A DNA stretch of 60,252 nt from Acidimicrobiia bacterium (GCA_011523395.1 WTGW01000041.1:1-60252), one strand, 5' to 3'; positions 1-9,820 are shown, numbered from the stretch's first letter. Program-made: numbers and translations. The notes: a model not told the origin generated them from the letters alone.

Positions 1-132
1 GAACCCCCCGGCCAGCTAGCTCCTGGCCCCGCGAAGGCACGGCTGATCCACGATGATCCCTCATGTCTAGGGCACGGAGCCGCAATGGAGGGGCAACGCA
101 GGAGTAAAGAACCCTGCACGTTTCAGTGCGGG

Positions 133-150
133 TTGTCACTACAATGACAA
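133..150. promoter_or_regulatory. inverted repeat TTGTCA-N6-TGACAA upstream of a small ORF
   Basis: Perfect 6+6 inverted repeat read directly, in a locally lower-GC patch about 55 nt upstream of the ATG at 203. An operator or -35 role is a guess. Confidence 0.2.
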
Positions 151-202
151 TCTCGGCATTGGCGCACGCGATAGTGGTGGGGGACGGGAAGGGAAGTTGT
201 TC

Positions 203-373
203 ATGGATGCGGTAGCGATTACAGCTGTTGGTTGGGTAGTTGTGATCTCGCTGAACCTCTTCACCGTGGTGATGAGCCGGCGCGACAAGGTGGGCGAGCG
301 TCTTGGGCAGTTGGAGCAACGAGTTGCGCGGATCGAGGGTCATCTCCGCGTAGGCACCGGCGACGTCACTTGA
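203..373 (+). CDS. small (56 aa) hypothetical membrane-anchored protein
   Basis: ATG preceded by GGGAAGGGAAG. Translation is MDAVAITAVGWVVVISLNLFTVVMSRRDKVGERLGQLEQRVARIEGHL..., an N-terminal TM helix followed by a heptad-like segment. It falls below the 60-aa cutoff of the ORF track. Confidence 0.3.
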   Translation: MDAVAITAVGWVVVISLNLFTVVMSRRDKVGERLGQLEQRVARIEGHLRVGTGDVT

Positions 374-439
374 CGACTCCCATGCTGCTGGAGGCGGGGC
401 AGGACCACCAGTAGCAGCTATCGTGCGACGATCCGGTCC

Positions 440-1378
440 TTGAACACCTTCCGGTCGTGGGTGGGCGCCCGGACGGGCCGCCCGAAGCGGATCAGACGGG
501 TCGCTATCCCCGTGGTGATCCTGACGCTGATCTATGCGGCTGTGTCCTTCTACATCGCTGACAGCGCGCTCGACGCGGAGGCGAACCCGCTCGAGGAACG
601 CCCCCAGGACTTCGCCCTGAACTACGAGGAGGTCGAGTTCACGCCGCGCGGTTGGCCCACGATCGTCCTCCGAGGGTGGTGGCTACCGGCCCCCGACGCC
701 CGCGCGACGGTGATCCGAGTGCACGGCATCGACAGCAACCGCAGCTCCATGCTCGCCATGGCTCCGGCTCTGATCGAGAGCGGATACTCGGTGCTCGCCT
801 TCGACCTGCGCGGCCACGGCGAGTCCGACCTGGCCCAGATGGGCGCCGGAGTCCACGAGCAGGACGACCTGCTCGGCGCGGTCGACTACCTGATCCGCGA
901 ACGCGGGGCGGAGGCCGGCGCGATCTTCCTGCATGGCAATTCCTACGGCGGCGCGATCGCCCTGATGTCGGGATGGCGCGAACCTGCTGTCGCCGGTGTC
1001 TTCGCCGACTCGGCCTTCGCCTCGCTGTCCGATCTGGTAGTCCAGGAGGTAGCGCGGCGCACCTCCGCCCCTTCCTGGCTGGCCTCCGTCCTGCGGCCGG
1101 GCGTGATCCTGATGGCTCGCCTCTCCAAGGGCATCGACATCGGAGGGGTCTACCCGGCTGGAGACGCTGCCAGATACTCCTACGCCATCGGGCTTGCCCA
1201 CTGCGACATCGACGACCGCATCCCGATCAGCCACCTCGAACGTATCCGGACCGGGCTCCGGTACCCGCCACGCGTCACCGTCTACGAAGGCTGCTCCCAT
1301 GGAGACGCCTGGGACGACTACCCACGTCGTTACGAGGCAGCCTTGATCGCCTATCTCGACGCGCGGCTGGGGTACTGA
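440..1378 (+). CDS. membrane-anchored alpha/beta hydrolase
   Basis: N-terminal TM helix (VAIPVVILTLIYAAVSFYIA), FDLRGHGESD, and a nucleophile elbow GNSYGG (GxSxG). Confidence 0.85.
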   Translation: MNTFRSWVGARTGRPKRIRRVAIPVVILTLIYAAVSFYIADSALDAEANPLEERPQDFALNYEEVEFTPRGWPTIVLRGWWLPAPDARATVIRVHGIDSNRSSMLAMAPALIESGYSVLAFDLRGHGESDLAQMGAGVHEQDDLLGAVDYLIRERGAEAGAIFLHGNSYGGAIALMSGWREPAVAGVFADSAFASLSDLVVQEVARRTSAPSWLASVLRPGVILMARLSKGIDIGGVYPAGDAARYSYAIGLAHCDIDDRIPISHLERIRTGLRYPPRVTVYEGCSHGDAWDDYPRRYEAALIAYLDARLGY

Positions 1379-1541
1379 TCGACCGGCGGCCCGGACGCAG
1401 CGGACGGGCCGGGGCGAGATCGGGAAAGCTCCCCCGAGGAGGCGATCACCCATGAAAAGTCCGGTCTCGCGGTCGCGAACGCACGTCGGGTGATACTGTC
1501 GAACTGAGGTCTGGAAGAACCGGACTCGGTAAGCGAAGGAG

Positions 1542-2513
1542 ATGACCGTGGTGGATTTCGACGATCGCCTCGATGAGGCACACAAGGCCGTTCTCGAGAT
1601 GATTCCGGATACGCTGCTGGATCTCACGGACATACCCACGGCGCGGCTAACTCTCGAAGGCTTCATGGCCGCCATGGCCGCGCAGGCTCCTGAGTTTCCC
1701 GGCGTTGAGGTCGAGGACCACTGGGCTCCCGGAGCGGACGGGGATCCGGACGTGATGGTTCGGGTCTACAGACCTTCAGATCTGGAAGCGGGCGCGCCGG
1801 CGCTCTACTGGATCCACGGCGGTGGAATGGTGATGGGCGATGTCGCCACGAACGACACCGACTGCAAGGGTTGGGCCACCGATATGAGGTGCGTGGTGGC
1901 GTCTGTGGAATACCGCCTCGCCCCCGAGCATCCGCATCCCGCACCAATCGAGGACTGCTTCGCCGGCCTGAAGTGGTTGGTCTCCAACGCGGGCAGCCTC
2001 GGGGTCGACGCTGATCGCATAGCCATCGGCGGCGCTTCTGCCGGGGGTGGCCTGGCGGCGGCTCTGGCCCTGGTTGCGAGGGATCGGGGTGTCGGCATCA
2101 TCTTCCAGCAGCTGATCTGCCCGATGCTGGACGACCGCAACATCACCCGTTCCAGTCACTGGGTCCACCATCCGAAGGTGTGGAACCGCAAGGCGAACAT
2201 CATCGGCTGGAGCTCCCTGCTGGGCAAGCCGGCCGGTTCCGATGACGTTTCCCCCTACGCGTCCCCCGCCCGAGCCGAGGATCTGTCCGGGCTGGCGCCC
2301 GCCTTCATCATCATCGGCGACTTGGACCTGTTCGTGGACGAGTCCATCGAATACGCCCAGCGGTTGGCAGCGGCCGGAGTGCCGACCGAACTGCACATCC
2401 TCCCCGGAGCAGTCCACGGCACCCAATTCTTCCTCCCTACGGCGGAAGTAAGCATGCGCTGGAAGGCCATCGAGGCGGACGCGCTGCGCATAGCCCTCCA
2501 CGGAGCGGGGTGA
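1542..2513 (+). CDS. alpha/beta hydrolase fold-3 carboxylesterase/lipase (HSL family)
   Basis: HGGG oxyanion motif (WIHGGGMVMG), GGASAGG nucleophile elbow, and late Asp/His (DLDLFVDE, GAVHG). Confidence 0.9.
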   Translation: MTVVDFDDRLDEAHKAVLEMIPDTLLDLTDIPTARLTLEGFMAAMAAQAPEFPGVEVEDHWAPGADGDPDVMVRVYRPSDLEAGAPALYWIHGGGMVMGDVATNDTDCKGWATDMRCVVASVEYRLAPEHPHPAPIEDCFAGLKWLVSNAGSLGVDADRIAIGGASAGGGLAAALALVARDRGVGIIFQQLICPMLDDRNITRSSHWVHHPKVWNRKANIIGWSSLLGKPAGSDDVSPYASPARAEDLSGLAPAFIIIGDLDLFVDESIEYAQRLAAAGVPTELHILPGAVHGTQFFLPTAEVSMRWKAIEADALRIALHGAG

Positions 2514-2783
2514 TCCCCGGGCCGGTCATTGTCGGAAGGCCGCGCATCGCCGCTACCGCATGCCGCCGATTCGACCCGTGCAACCGCCACGGCCCGCATC
2601 ATTAAGCCCGCCTGGGATTTGCAGTCAGGCAACCAGCAGTTGGCCAATCCCTGGTTGAGCCGCAACACCGGATGGTGTAAGTCCGGCGGGATAGCCCGAC
2701 GGGTGAAGAGAGGCACTGGATAGCGCGGGGCGGTCAGGGTTAGCTCGTACCGGCATCATGTCCAAGCGGGGCCGCTTCCGGTG

Positions 2784-3008
2784 CTAGGGGTTGGCCACTC
2801 TTAGGACAATGGACAGGTTGATGCCCACGAGTGCCATGCTCAGCCCGACCATGAGGCCGATAATCCAGCGGGTCTGGATGGCGACAGACCGCTCGACCCT
2901 TAGCAGGGCCTCGGCGACCGTGGTCTGGGTCTCGGCTCGTACGACATCGGCGCGGGCATTCACGTATCCCTCGGTGGCAGTGGCCATTCCTTTTTCCTTC
3001 CTAGTCAT
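2784..3008 (-). CDS. small hypothetical protein with C-terminal TM helix
   Basis: Ends in WIIGLMVGLSMALVGINLSIVL. The internal ATG at 2987 is preceded by AGGAAGGAAAAAGGA and may be the true start. No family recognised. Confidence 0.4.
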   Translation of the reverse strand: MTRKEKGMATATEGYVNARADVVRAETQTTVAEALLRVERSVAIQTRWIIGLMVGLSMALVGINLSIVLRVANP

Positions 3009-3110
3009 CGTGACTTACCTCGCGCCTACCGTGAGTATATGCCAGAGGGGTGTCGTACGGGCTGGCCGATGGAAGTACAGGTGGCCCGGATGTGGCAAGA
3101 TCGGGGGGAC

Positions 3111-3707
3111 ATGACGGGTTCTGAAAGCATCGCCGGGGACCTGCCCGAGGGCGCGGAGGAAGAGTTCACCTCGCTGGCGGGACGGTTGCTGGTGGCCATG
3201 CCCGGGATGGTCGATCCCAACTTCAACCGGACGGTCGTGCTGATGATCGAGCACACCCCCGAGGGTGCGGTCGGGTTGGTATTGAACCGACCCACGGAGG
3301 CCGACCTGCTGGATCACCTACCCGGATGGTGGTCGGTGGCCGCGAACCCACGCGTCGTGTTCGTGGGCGGCCCGGTCGGGGAAGGCGGCGGTCTGGGTCT
3401 GGCCAGGGGCGCCGGAACGCAGCCCCTGGAGGGCTGGCCTGAAGTGGTGGGTGTCCAGGTGGTCGATCTGGAGGCCGAACCAGACTCGGACGCCGGTCTG
3501 GAGGCCCGGGTCTTCTCCGGTTACAGCGGGTGGGGTCCCGGGCAACTCGAGTCGGAGCTGGAGGCCAGGGGATGGTTCGTGGTCGATGGCGAGCCCGAGG
3601 ACGTCTTCACCCCGCAACCGGAGAATCTGTGGGGAGAGGTGCTGAGGCGGGCAGGAGGCCGGTACGCATTCTTCTCGACCTACCCGGAGAACCCTCGGTT
3701 GAACTAG
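3111..3707 (+). CDS. YqgE/AlgH family protein (UPF0301)
   Basis: LLVAMPGMVDPNFNRTVVLMIEHTPEGAVGLVLNRP is the family signature. Start moved to the ATG at 3111, after a G-rich SD. Confidence 0.85.
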   Translation: MTGSESIAGDLPEGAEEEFTSLAGRLLVAMPGMVDPNFNRTVVLMIEHTPEGAVGLVLNRPTEADLLDHLPGWWSVAANPRVVFVGGPVGEGGGLGLARGAGTQPLEGWPEVVGVQVVDLEAEPDSDAGLEARVFSGYSGWGPGQLESELEARGWFVVDGEPEDVFTPQPENLWGEVLRRAGGRYAFFSTYPENPRLN

Positions 3708-3786
3708 AGGTCTGCCGGCTGCCTTCCTCGCCGGTTCGCTTGTCGCGTGGTAGGGACCCGCCGAGGACAACTAGGGTATCCCGACA

Positions 3787-4848
3787 GTGCGTTCGACCGA
3801 CCCGGATCTCCTCAAGGAATACGCCCTCAGGATCTGGCACTACAAGCAGGGCGAGGTGGTCAGCCTCATGGTCCACCTGGGGGATCGGCTCGGCCTCTAC
3901 CGGGCGATGGCCGGAGGCGAGGAGATGACCCCCGATGAGCTGGCCGAGCGGACCGGCCTGTCGGAGCGCTGGGTCCGGGAGTGGCTCCTCGGCCAGGCCG
4001 CGGCCGGGCTGATCGACCGCACCCCGGAGAACAGGTTCTCGCTCAGCGCCGAAGGCGCGCAGGTGATGGTCGACGAAGACGCCATGGCCTTCGCCGCCGG
4101 CGCTTTCATCGGGGGGTTCCATCCCGGACGCATCGATGACATGGTCAACGCCTTCCGCACCGGAATCGGCATCACCTACCACCGGATGGGGGAGTCGGTC
4201 GCCCGCCAGGTGGACCGCATGAACAGGGTCGGGGTGGGCCCCTTCCTGCTGGAGCGGGTGCTGCCCTCCGTGGACGGGCTAATGGGGAAGCTGGAGGCCG
4301 GATGCCGGGTGGCCGAAGTGGGGAGCGGAGGGGGCATCGCCCTCCGAACCCTGGCCGAACGATTCCCGGCCTGCACCGTGGATGGCTACGAACCATCCGG
4401 TATCGCATGCTCCCGGGCCCGGCGCCGCATCCGCCACCTGCCCAACGCCACCATCCACGAGGCCGGCGGCGAGGACCTGGCGGGTGAGGGCCGCTACGAC
4501 CTGGCGCTGGCCCTCGACTGCATGCATGACGCGCCATTCCCCGATCGCATCGCAGCCGCAGTCCGGCGATCCCTGAAGGACGACGGGGTGTGGCTGATCA
4601 AGGACACGTATTGCTACGAAACCTTCGAGGACAACCTGAGGAACCCCATGCTGGCCATGCAGTACGGCTACAGCCTGTCGGGTTGCCTGCTCTCGGCCGC
4701 CTCCCAGGAGGGCGCCGCCGGGCTCGGTACCCTAGGATTCCATCCCGCCGAAGCGGAGCGCATCGTCAGGAATGCCGGTTTCACCTCTTTCCGCATGTTC
4801 CGCCTCGAAGACGACCCCATCCACAACTACTACGAGGTCCGTCCTTGA
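3787..4848 (+). CDS. class I SAM-dependent methyltransferase with N-terminal winged-helix domain (Rv2258c-like)
   Basis: GTG start. N-terminal wHTH-like segment (MTPDELAERTGLSERWVREWL) and SAM motif I VAEVGSGGGIA. Confidence 0.8.
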   Translation: MRSTDPDLLKEYALRIWHYKQGEVVSLMVHLGDRLGLYRAMAGGEEMTPDELAERTGLSERWVREWLLGQAAAGLIDRTPENRFSLSAEGAQVMVDEDAMAFAAGAFIGGFHPGRIDDMVNAFRTGIGITYHRMGESVARQVDRMNRVGVGPFLLERVLPSVDGLMGKLEAGCRVAEVGSGGGIALRTLAERFPACTVDGYEPSGIACSRARRRIRHLPNATIHEAGGEDLAGEGRYDLALALDCMHDAPFPDRIAAAVRRSLKDDGVWLIKDTYCYETFEDNLRNPMLAMQYGYSLSGCLLSAASQEGAAGLGTLGFHPAEAERIVRNAGFTSFRMFRLEDDPIHNYYEVRP

Positions 4849-4879
4849 CCGCACCCGCCCCCGAGGGTAAGCGCCGCCC

Positions 4880-5458
4880 ATGGCAGTAGACATCGCCGGC
4901 TTCATCACCGACATGAAGGCTCATGCGGTCGACCACGGGTTTCACGTGCACGCCGAGCGTCATTTCATCGAGTCCTTCTCGCTGGGCCAGGCCTGGGAGG
5001 TGGACCTGCATCCTGAGGAGGCCTGCGAGGGACCGCTCGAGATGCTGATGGTGCTGGAGGTGGAGCCAAGGGTGATCCTGGCCTTCGAGGACCTGATGGC
5101 GCAGCATCTCGAGATGGACGAGGAGCAGGAACGCCAGCTGGAACTGCCCCTGTTCTTCAAGTGGGCCTTGCCGCCGCTGCCCAACCCTCCCGACCTGCTC
5201 ATCCTCGCCACCGAGTTGGCCGGGGTCTCGGGCACGACCCTGCCGGTGGAGGTGTCCGCCACCGACACGTACATGTCGGTGACCGACCCGGCCCGGCGAA
5301 GCCTGTCGCTGGTGGGCCGGCTCGACTTCCGGCTCCGGGACATGTTCCGGCGGGAGATCAACGTGTGCGACGTCCTCGAATGCGCGCACGGCCTGAGCAT
5401 GTGGCTCCTGGAACAGTCGGAGTCATGGCTGGAGGGACTGGAGCCCCCCGGCCTCTGA
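4880..5458 (+). CDS. acidic hypothetical protein
   Basis: Clean 192-aa ORF filling the gap between neighbouring genes. No motif recognised. Confidence 0.5.
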   Translation: MAVDIAGFITDMKAHAVDHGFHVHAERHFIESFSLGQAWEVDLHPEEACEGPLEMLMVLEVEPRVILAFEDLMAQHLEMDEEQERQLELPLFFKWALPPLPNPPDLLILATELAGVSGTTLPVEVSATDTYMSVTDPARRSLSLVGRLDFRLRDMFRREINVCDVLECAHGLSMWLLEQSESWLEGLEPPGL

Positions 5459-5482
5459 GATCTACCGGGACCCGGCCGGAGG

Positions 5483-6571
5483 TCAGGAGCGGCGGCGGCG
5501 CAGCACCAGGTCGAGATCCTCTACGAAACGACGGTTCTCGGATTCGGTTCCTATGGACACGCGGGTCCATTCCTCGGTGCCCTTGCGGATGAGCGTTCCC
5601 ATCTCCAGGAGTTCCTGGACTATCCCCGGGGTACCGGCGCCGAGGCGCAACCAGATGAAGTTGGCCTGGGTGGGAACGTAACGGATGCCCCGGTCGGACA
5701 GGGCGCCCTCGAGGTATTCGACTCCCCGGCGGTTGAGCTCGAACCGTTCCCTCACCCGCTCGGGGAAACGCAGGGCGGTAGTGGCGGCCACCTCGGCCAG
5801 GGAACCGACCACGAACGGGCTCTGGGCCTTGCGGAGAGACCGGAGGGTGGGGGCCTGGCCGACCATGTAACCGACGCGGAGGCCCGCCAGCCCGTAGATC
5901 TTGGAAAAGGTGCGGGCCACCACCACGTTGGGACGTTCTACGGCGAGGGGGACGATGCTGGACTCCTCCTCGGCTGCCACGAACTCTCCGTAGGCCTCGT
6001 CCACCAGCACCAGGACCGACTCGGGAACCCGATCGGCGAACTCGTGGATCTCCGCTCGGGTCACGTAGCTCCCCGTTGGGTTGTTCGGGTTGCATACGAT
6101 CACGAGGGTGGTGTCGTCCCGGATCGCCCCGTACAAGGCCCCGAGGTCAACCCGGTGGGCTTCGTCGAGCGGGACCATGATGCTCTCCGCATCGGCGTAC
6201 ACCGCGTTGATGGGGTACATGGCGAACGAGGGCCACGGGTAGACGATGCTGGTCCCCTGGCCTCCCAAAGCCCGGGCCGTCGTGGTGAGGTTCTCCGAGC
6301 TGCCAGCGCCGGGCCACACACAGTCCGGGGTGATGCCCAGCGTCTCGGCCAGGGCCTCTCTCAGGCGGGCCGTGCCCTCGTCCGGGTACCGGTTGATGCC
6401 TGTGGCGGCGCCGGCGATAGCGTCCAGAACCTCGGGAAAGGGAGGAGTCGGGTACTCGTTGCCGGCCAGCATGGCAATCCCTCTGGCGCCGAAACGGTGG
6501 GCGAACTCCTCGAAGCCCGGGCCGCCGTCGTAGGGAACGAGGTCATCGATGGCGGCTCGTATGCGGACCAC
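5483..6571 (-). CDS. histidinol-phosphate/aromatic aminotransferase (class II, HisC family)
   Basis: NPNNPTG motif, PLP-lysine context FSKIYGLAGLRVGY, and RYPD. It is not in a his operon, so substrate is uncertain. Confidence 0.85.
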   Translation of the reverse strand: MVRIRAAIDDLVPYDGGPGFEEFAHRFGARGIAMLAGNEYPTPPFPEVLDAIAGAATGINRYPDEGTARLREALAETLGITPDCVWPGAGSSENLTTTARALGGQGTSIVYPWPSFAMYPINAVYADAESIMVPLDEAHRVDLGALYGAIRDDTTLVIVCNPNNPTGSYVTRAEIHEFADRVPESVLVLVDEAYGEFVAAEEESSIVPLAVERPNVVVARTFSKIYGLAGLRVGYMVGQAPTLRSLRKAQSPFVVGSLAEVAATTALRFPERVRERFELNRRGVEYLEGALSDRGIRYVPTQANFIWLRLGAGTPGIVQELLEMGTLIRKGTEEWTRVSIGTESENRRFVEDLDLVLRRRRS

Positions 6572-6731
6572 TGACGGGAGCTTAGTTAGACCGGCAGGGA
6601 CCGAGCCAGGGTCTCCGAATCGTCCCCCGTGGGAAACTTTTCGCTAGCCCCGATGGTCATAAACGAGTCGGGGGCTTTGGAGCCCGCCGTAGACTCGGCG
6701 GATAGCGGGCGGGGGGTCTTGGCTCCCTAAA

Positions 6732-8831
6732 ATGCCGCCAGCAAGCGGAAGGAACAGTTCGGTGTTGCAGATCCTGGACCCGGCGGGAAAGCTGGTCGGC
6801 GAACCGCCCGATCTGGACGCCAAGGACCTATTGGAGATGTACCGGTTCATGGCGCTGGGACGGCGCTTCGACCGACGCGCCATGAGGTTGCAGCGCCAGG
6901 GCCGTCTCGGCACCTTCCCACCTGGAGAGGGACAGGAGGCAGCCCAGGTGGGTTCGGCGTACGCGCTCGAACCCGACGACTGGGTCTACCCCAGCTACCG
7001 GGAGCATGCCACCCAACTGGTCAGAGGGATGCCGTGGTCGGTGATGCTGTCCTACTACCGGGGCCTTCCCAACCGTGACTGGGATGTGCACCGGTACCGC
7101 ATGAACATCCACACCATCCCGATCGCCACCCAGCTGCCCCACGCTGTCGGGCATGCCCACGCCGCCCGCCTGGCCGGGGAGAACCTGATCACCATGGTCT
7201 ACTTCGGCGACGGGGCCACCTCCGAGAGCGACTTCCACTCCGCGATGAACTTCGCAGGGGTCTGGAAGGCGCCGACCGTGTTCCTGTGCTCCAACAACGG
7301 CTGGGCGATCTCGATGCCGACCCGGCGCCAGACCGCCGCCACCGACCTGGCCGACAAGGCGATCGGTTATGGAATGCCGGGCGTCAAGGTCGACGGGATG
7401 GACGTGCTGGCCGTCTACTCGGCCACCAAGGAGGCCGTGGACCGGGCCCGCCGCGGGGAGGAACCCACCCTCATCGAGGCCATCACGTACCGGTTCGGCC
7501 CTCATGCCACCGCCGACGACCCGAGCCTGTACCGGAGCGAGAGCGAGGTGGAGGCCTGGCGGGCCCGTGACCCGCTCGACCGCATGCGCCGCTACCTCGA
7601 CAGCCTGGACCTGTGGTCGGACGACATCGACGAGCAGGTGACGGACGAGGCGAGCGAGATGGACCTGGCCCTGGCGGAGATAGAAGGGCGGGAGCCACCG
7701 CCCCGGGAGGAAGCGGTGCGGCACGTCTACGCCAAGGTGCCCGACGCGCTGTCCCGCCAGTACGAGACGGCTCTGAGACGCGAGGACTCCGGCCCTTCCG
7801 GGCTGGAACCGGGCGAGCGGTGGCGGATAGGGCACGACCCTGTGCTCGAGGGCCCCACCGCCCACTGGAACATGGCGGAGGCGATCAACGCCGCTCTTGC
7901 GGAGGTCATGGACCGCCATCCGGAGGCCATCATCATGGGCGAGGACGTGGGCCGGACCGGAGGCGTGTTCCGCATCACCGCCGGCCTCCTGGACCGATTC
8001 GGCGCCGGCCGGGTCATCGACTCCCCGCTGTGCGAGACGGGCATCGCCGGCACCGCGGTGGGGATGGCCATCGGCGGGGCGCGTCCTCTGGTCGAGATCC
8101 AGTTCGACGGGTTCGTCTACCCGGCCTTCGACCAGATCGTCAGCCACATGGCCCGGTTCCGTTTCCGCACCAGGAGCAACGTTTCGCTCCCCATCGTGGT
8201 GCGCTGGCCCAACGGCGGCGGCATCGCGCCCCACGAGTTCCACGGCGACAGCCCGGAGGCCTACTTCGTCCACACTCCGGGCCTGACGGTGGTAATCCCT
8301 TCCACCGCGGTCGACGCCAAGGGCCTGCTGGCCGCGGCGGCGGAGAGTCCGGATCCGGTGCTCTTCCTGGAGCCCAAGGTGCTGTACCGGGCCGGACGCG
8401 AGGACGTCCCCACCGGCTACTACACCCTCCCGATCGGGCGGGCGCGGATCCGCAGAACCGGCGACGACGTGACGGTGGTCACCTACGGGGGAATGGTCCG
8501 CGTGGCGATGTCCGCCGCCGGCGAGATGGAACGCGAGGGGGTGTCGTGCGAGGTGATCGACCTGCGCACCCTGAAGCCCTGGGACCGCGACACCGTACTC
8601 GACTCGGTAGCCAGGACCGGGCGCCTCGTACTGGTTCAGGAGCCCCCCCGAACCGCTGGAATGGCCGCCGAGGTGGCGGCCACGGTGGCGGAGGAGGCTC
8701 TGTACGATCTCGAGGCCCCGATAGTGCGGGTGGCCGGCTTCGATGCCCCCTGGCCCCAGTTCGGGGTGGAGGAGCACGCCATCATCACCCCGCGCCGGGT
8801 GGTCTCGGCCGTGCGGGAGACCCTCGGCTAG
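6732..8831 (+). CDS. fused 2-oxoacid (pyruvate/branched-chain) dehydrogenase E1 alpha-beta
   Basis: N-terminal half carries the TPP motif (GDGATSESDFHSAMNFAGVWKAPTVFLCSNNGWAIS). C-terminal half is E1-beta-like (MNMAEAINAAL...IIMGEDVGRTGGVFRIT...DSPLCETGIAG). Confidence 0.9.
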   Translation: MPPASGRNSSVLQILDPAGKLVGEPPDLDAKDLLEMYRFMALGRRFDRRAMRLQRQGRLGTFPPGEGQEAAQVGSAYALEPDDWVYPSYREHATQLVRGMPWSVMLSYYRGLPNRDWDVHRYRMNIHTIPIATQLPHAVGHAHAARLAGENLITMVYFGDGATSESDFHSAMNFAGVWKAPTVFLCSNNGWAISMPTRRQTAATDLADKAIGYGMPGVKVDGMDVLAVYSATKEAVDRARRGEEPTLIEAITYRFGPHATADDPSLYRSESEVEAWRARDPLDRMRRYLDSLDLWSDDIDEQVTDEASEMDLALAEIEGREPPPREEAVRHVYAKVPDALSRQYETALRREDSGPSGLEPGERWRIGHDPVLEGPTAHWNMAEAINAALAEVMDRHPEAIIMGEDVGRTGGVFRITAGLLDRFGAGRVIDSPLCETGIAGTAVGMAIGGARPLVEIQFDGFVYPAFDQIVSHMARFRFRTRSNVSLPIVVRWPNGGGIAPHEFHGDSPEAYFVHTPGLTVVIPSTAVDAKGLLAAAAESPDPVLFLEPKVLYRAGREDVPTGYYTLPIGRARIRRTGDDVTVVTYGGMVRVAMSAAGEMEREGVSCEVIDLRTLKPWDRDTVLDSVARTGRLVLVQEPPRTAGMAAEVAATVAEEALYDLEAPIVRVAGFDAPWPQFGVEEHAIITPRRVVSAVRETLG

Positions 8832-8875
8832 CCGGGTGCGGCTCGGCCTCCGGGTCGGGCGCCCACGTCAGGTTC

Positions 8876-9568
8876 CTATGCCGGGCGCCCCGCCTTGAGG
8901 AATCTCGAACCGAGCATGATGAACCAGATCACCCACGGGAAGTAGCAGGCGCGTCCGATTGCGATCATGGCCTCGCTCGGGGTGGTGTAACCGATGATCA
9001 GCGCTGCGACGGAGATGGCGGACACCACGGCGATCACCAAGGCGGCCGTCCTGTGGAGGCCACTACGTTCCCTGGCCGCCAGGCTCAGGCTGAAGGCCAG
9101 CAGGCCCAGCGATACGGCAATACCGGATACCAACGTGACGCCCAGCCCGGTCCGGTAGGTCGGTATGGCGGCTGCCAGAGCCTCCGCTGACGACACCTTG
9201 GTCTGCGCGAGCAGGTGGTCGAGCCCGGTGGCGAGTATCCATCCGACACCACCCACGGTTGCGCTCAGCAGACCGAACCTCGTTCCGGCGGCGGCGTAAT
9301 CAGGCCCCGTGGTCACCCGGCTCACTCCGGACAATCCGTACAGCAGGAGGAGCAGGCCGAGCGGTACGAAGAGCGCGGACAGATGCGCCAGGAAGGGATT
9401 CGCGGCCAGAGCCGTGATCCTGCCGACGGAGTCCATCGAATCCGCCGGCTCGACGAGCAGCCCGCCGGGCTCGACCAGGAAGAAGACCAGGGCCATGGCC
9501 GGCCCCACCATGAGCGCCCAGGCCTCCAGCCTGTGTATCGCATCGGTTCTCATGGAATCGGTTCTCAT
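8876..9568 (-). CDS. polytopic membrane protein, hypothetical
   Basis: About 6 hydrophobic helices. The 5' end carries a 15-bp tandem duplication giving MRTDS-MRTDA. Confidence 0.65.
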   Translation of the reverse strand: MRTDSMRTDAIHRLEAWALMVGPAMALVFFLVEPGGLLVEPADSMDSVGRITALAANPFLAHLSALFVPLGLLLLLYGLSGVSRVTTGPDYAAAGTRFGLLSATVGGVGWILATGLDHLLAQTKVSSAEALAAAIPTYRTGLGVTLVSGIAVSLGLLAFSLSLAARERSGLHRTAALVIAVVSAISVAALIIGYTTPSEAMIAIGRACYFPWVIWFIMLGSRFLKAGRPA

Positions 9569-9820
9569 GGTTCACCCCTTTCCCCCGAACGCACTGAAGG
9601 AGAACCCCTCTGCTGCGCCGGATGGTAGCGGCCGCCCGTCTCGCCCTCCGGGGTTTCGGGGCCGGCGAGCCGCGGCGGAGGGAGCACACGGGCCGGCTCC
9701 TGGCTTCCGGACCAACCTGCACACCCCACATGGTTCGGAACGACGAGTAGGCGCACGGCCGCTGCCCATCGAACGGCCATCCACCCTTAGCTTGCGGTCA
9801 GAGGCGACCCCACCCTCCCC

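Noticed and set aside
2520-2783. Possible riboswitch or ncRNA in the 270-bp gap after the esterase gene. GGTGTAAGTCCGGCGGG...GGCACTGG is faintly cobalamin-like, and GCCCGCCTGGGA is faintly ZTP-like.
   Set aside because: Only short partial matches. The conserved cores (B12 box GCCACTG context, ZTP GGGTCGTGAC pseudoknot half) are absent, and no suitable regulated gene lies downstream on either strand. An Rfam cmscan would be needed to settle it.
6828-8777. 649-aa minus-strand ORF antisense to the fused E1 gene. Similar long antisense or out-of-frame ORFs are at 683-1675, 15800-17092, 21601-22839, 26987-28840, 33877-35712, 38816-40120, 44978-46507 and 7613-9190.
   Set aside because: Their translations are Arg/Gly/Pro/His-rich and low-complexity, with no motifs. 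Each is mirrored by a strongly motif-bearing gene on the other strand or frame. These are typical stop-codon-poor shadow ORFs of high-GC DNA.
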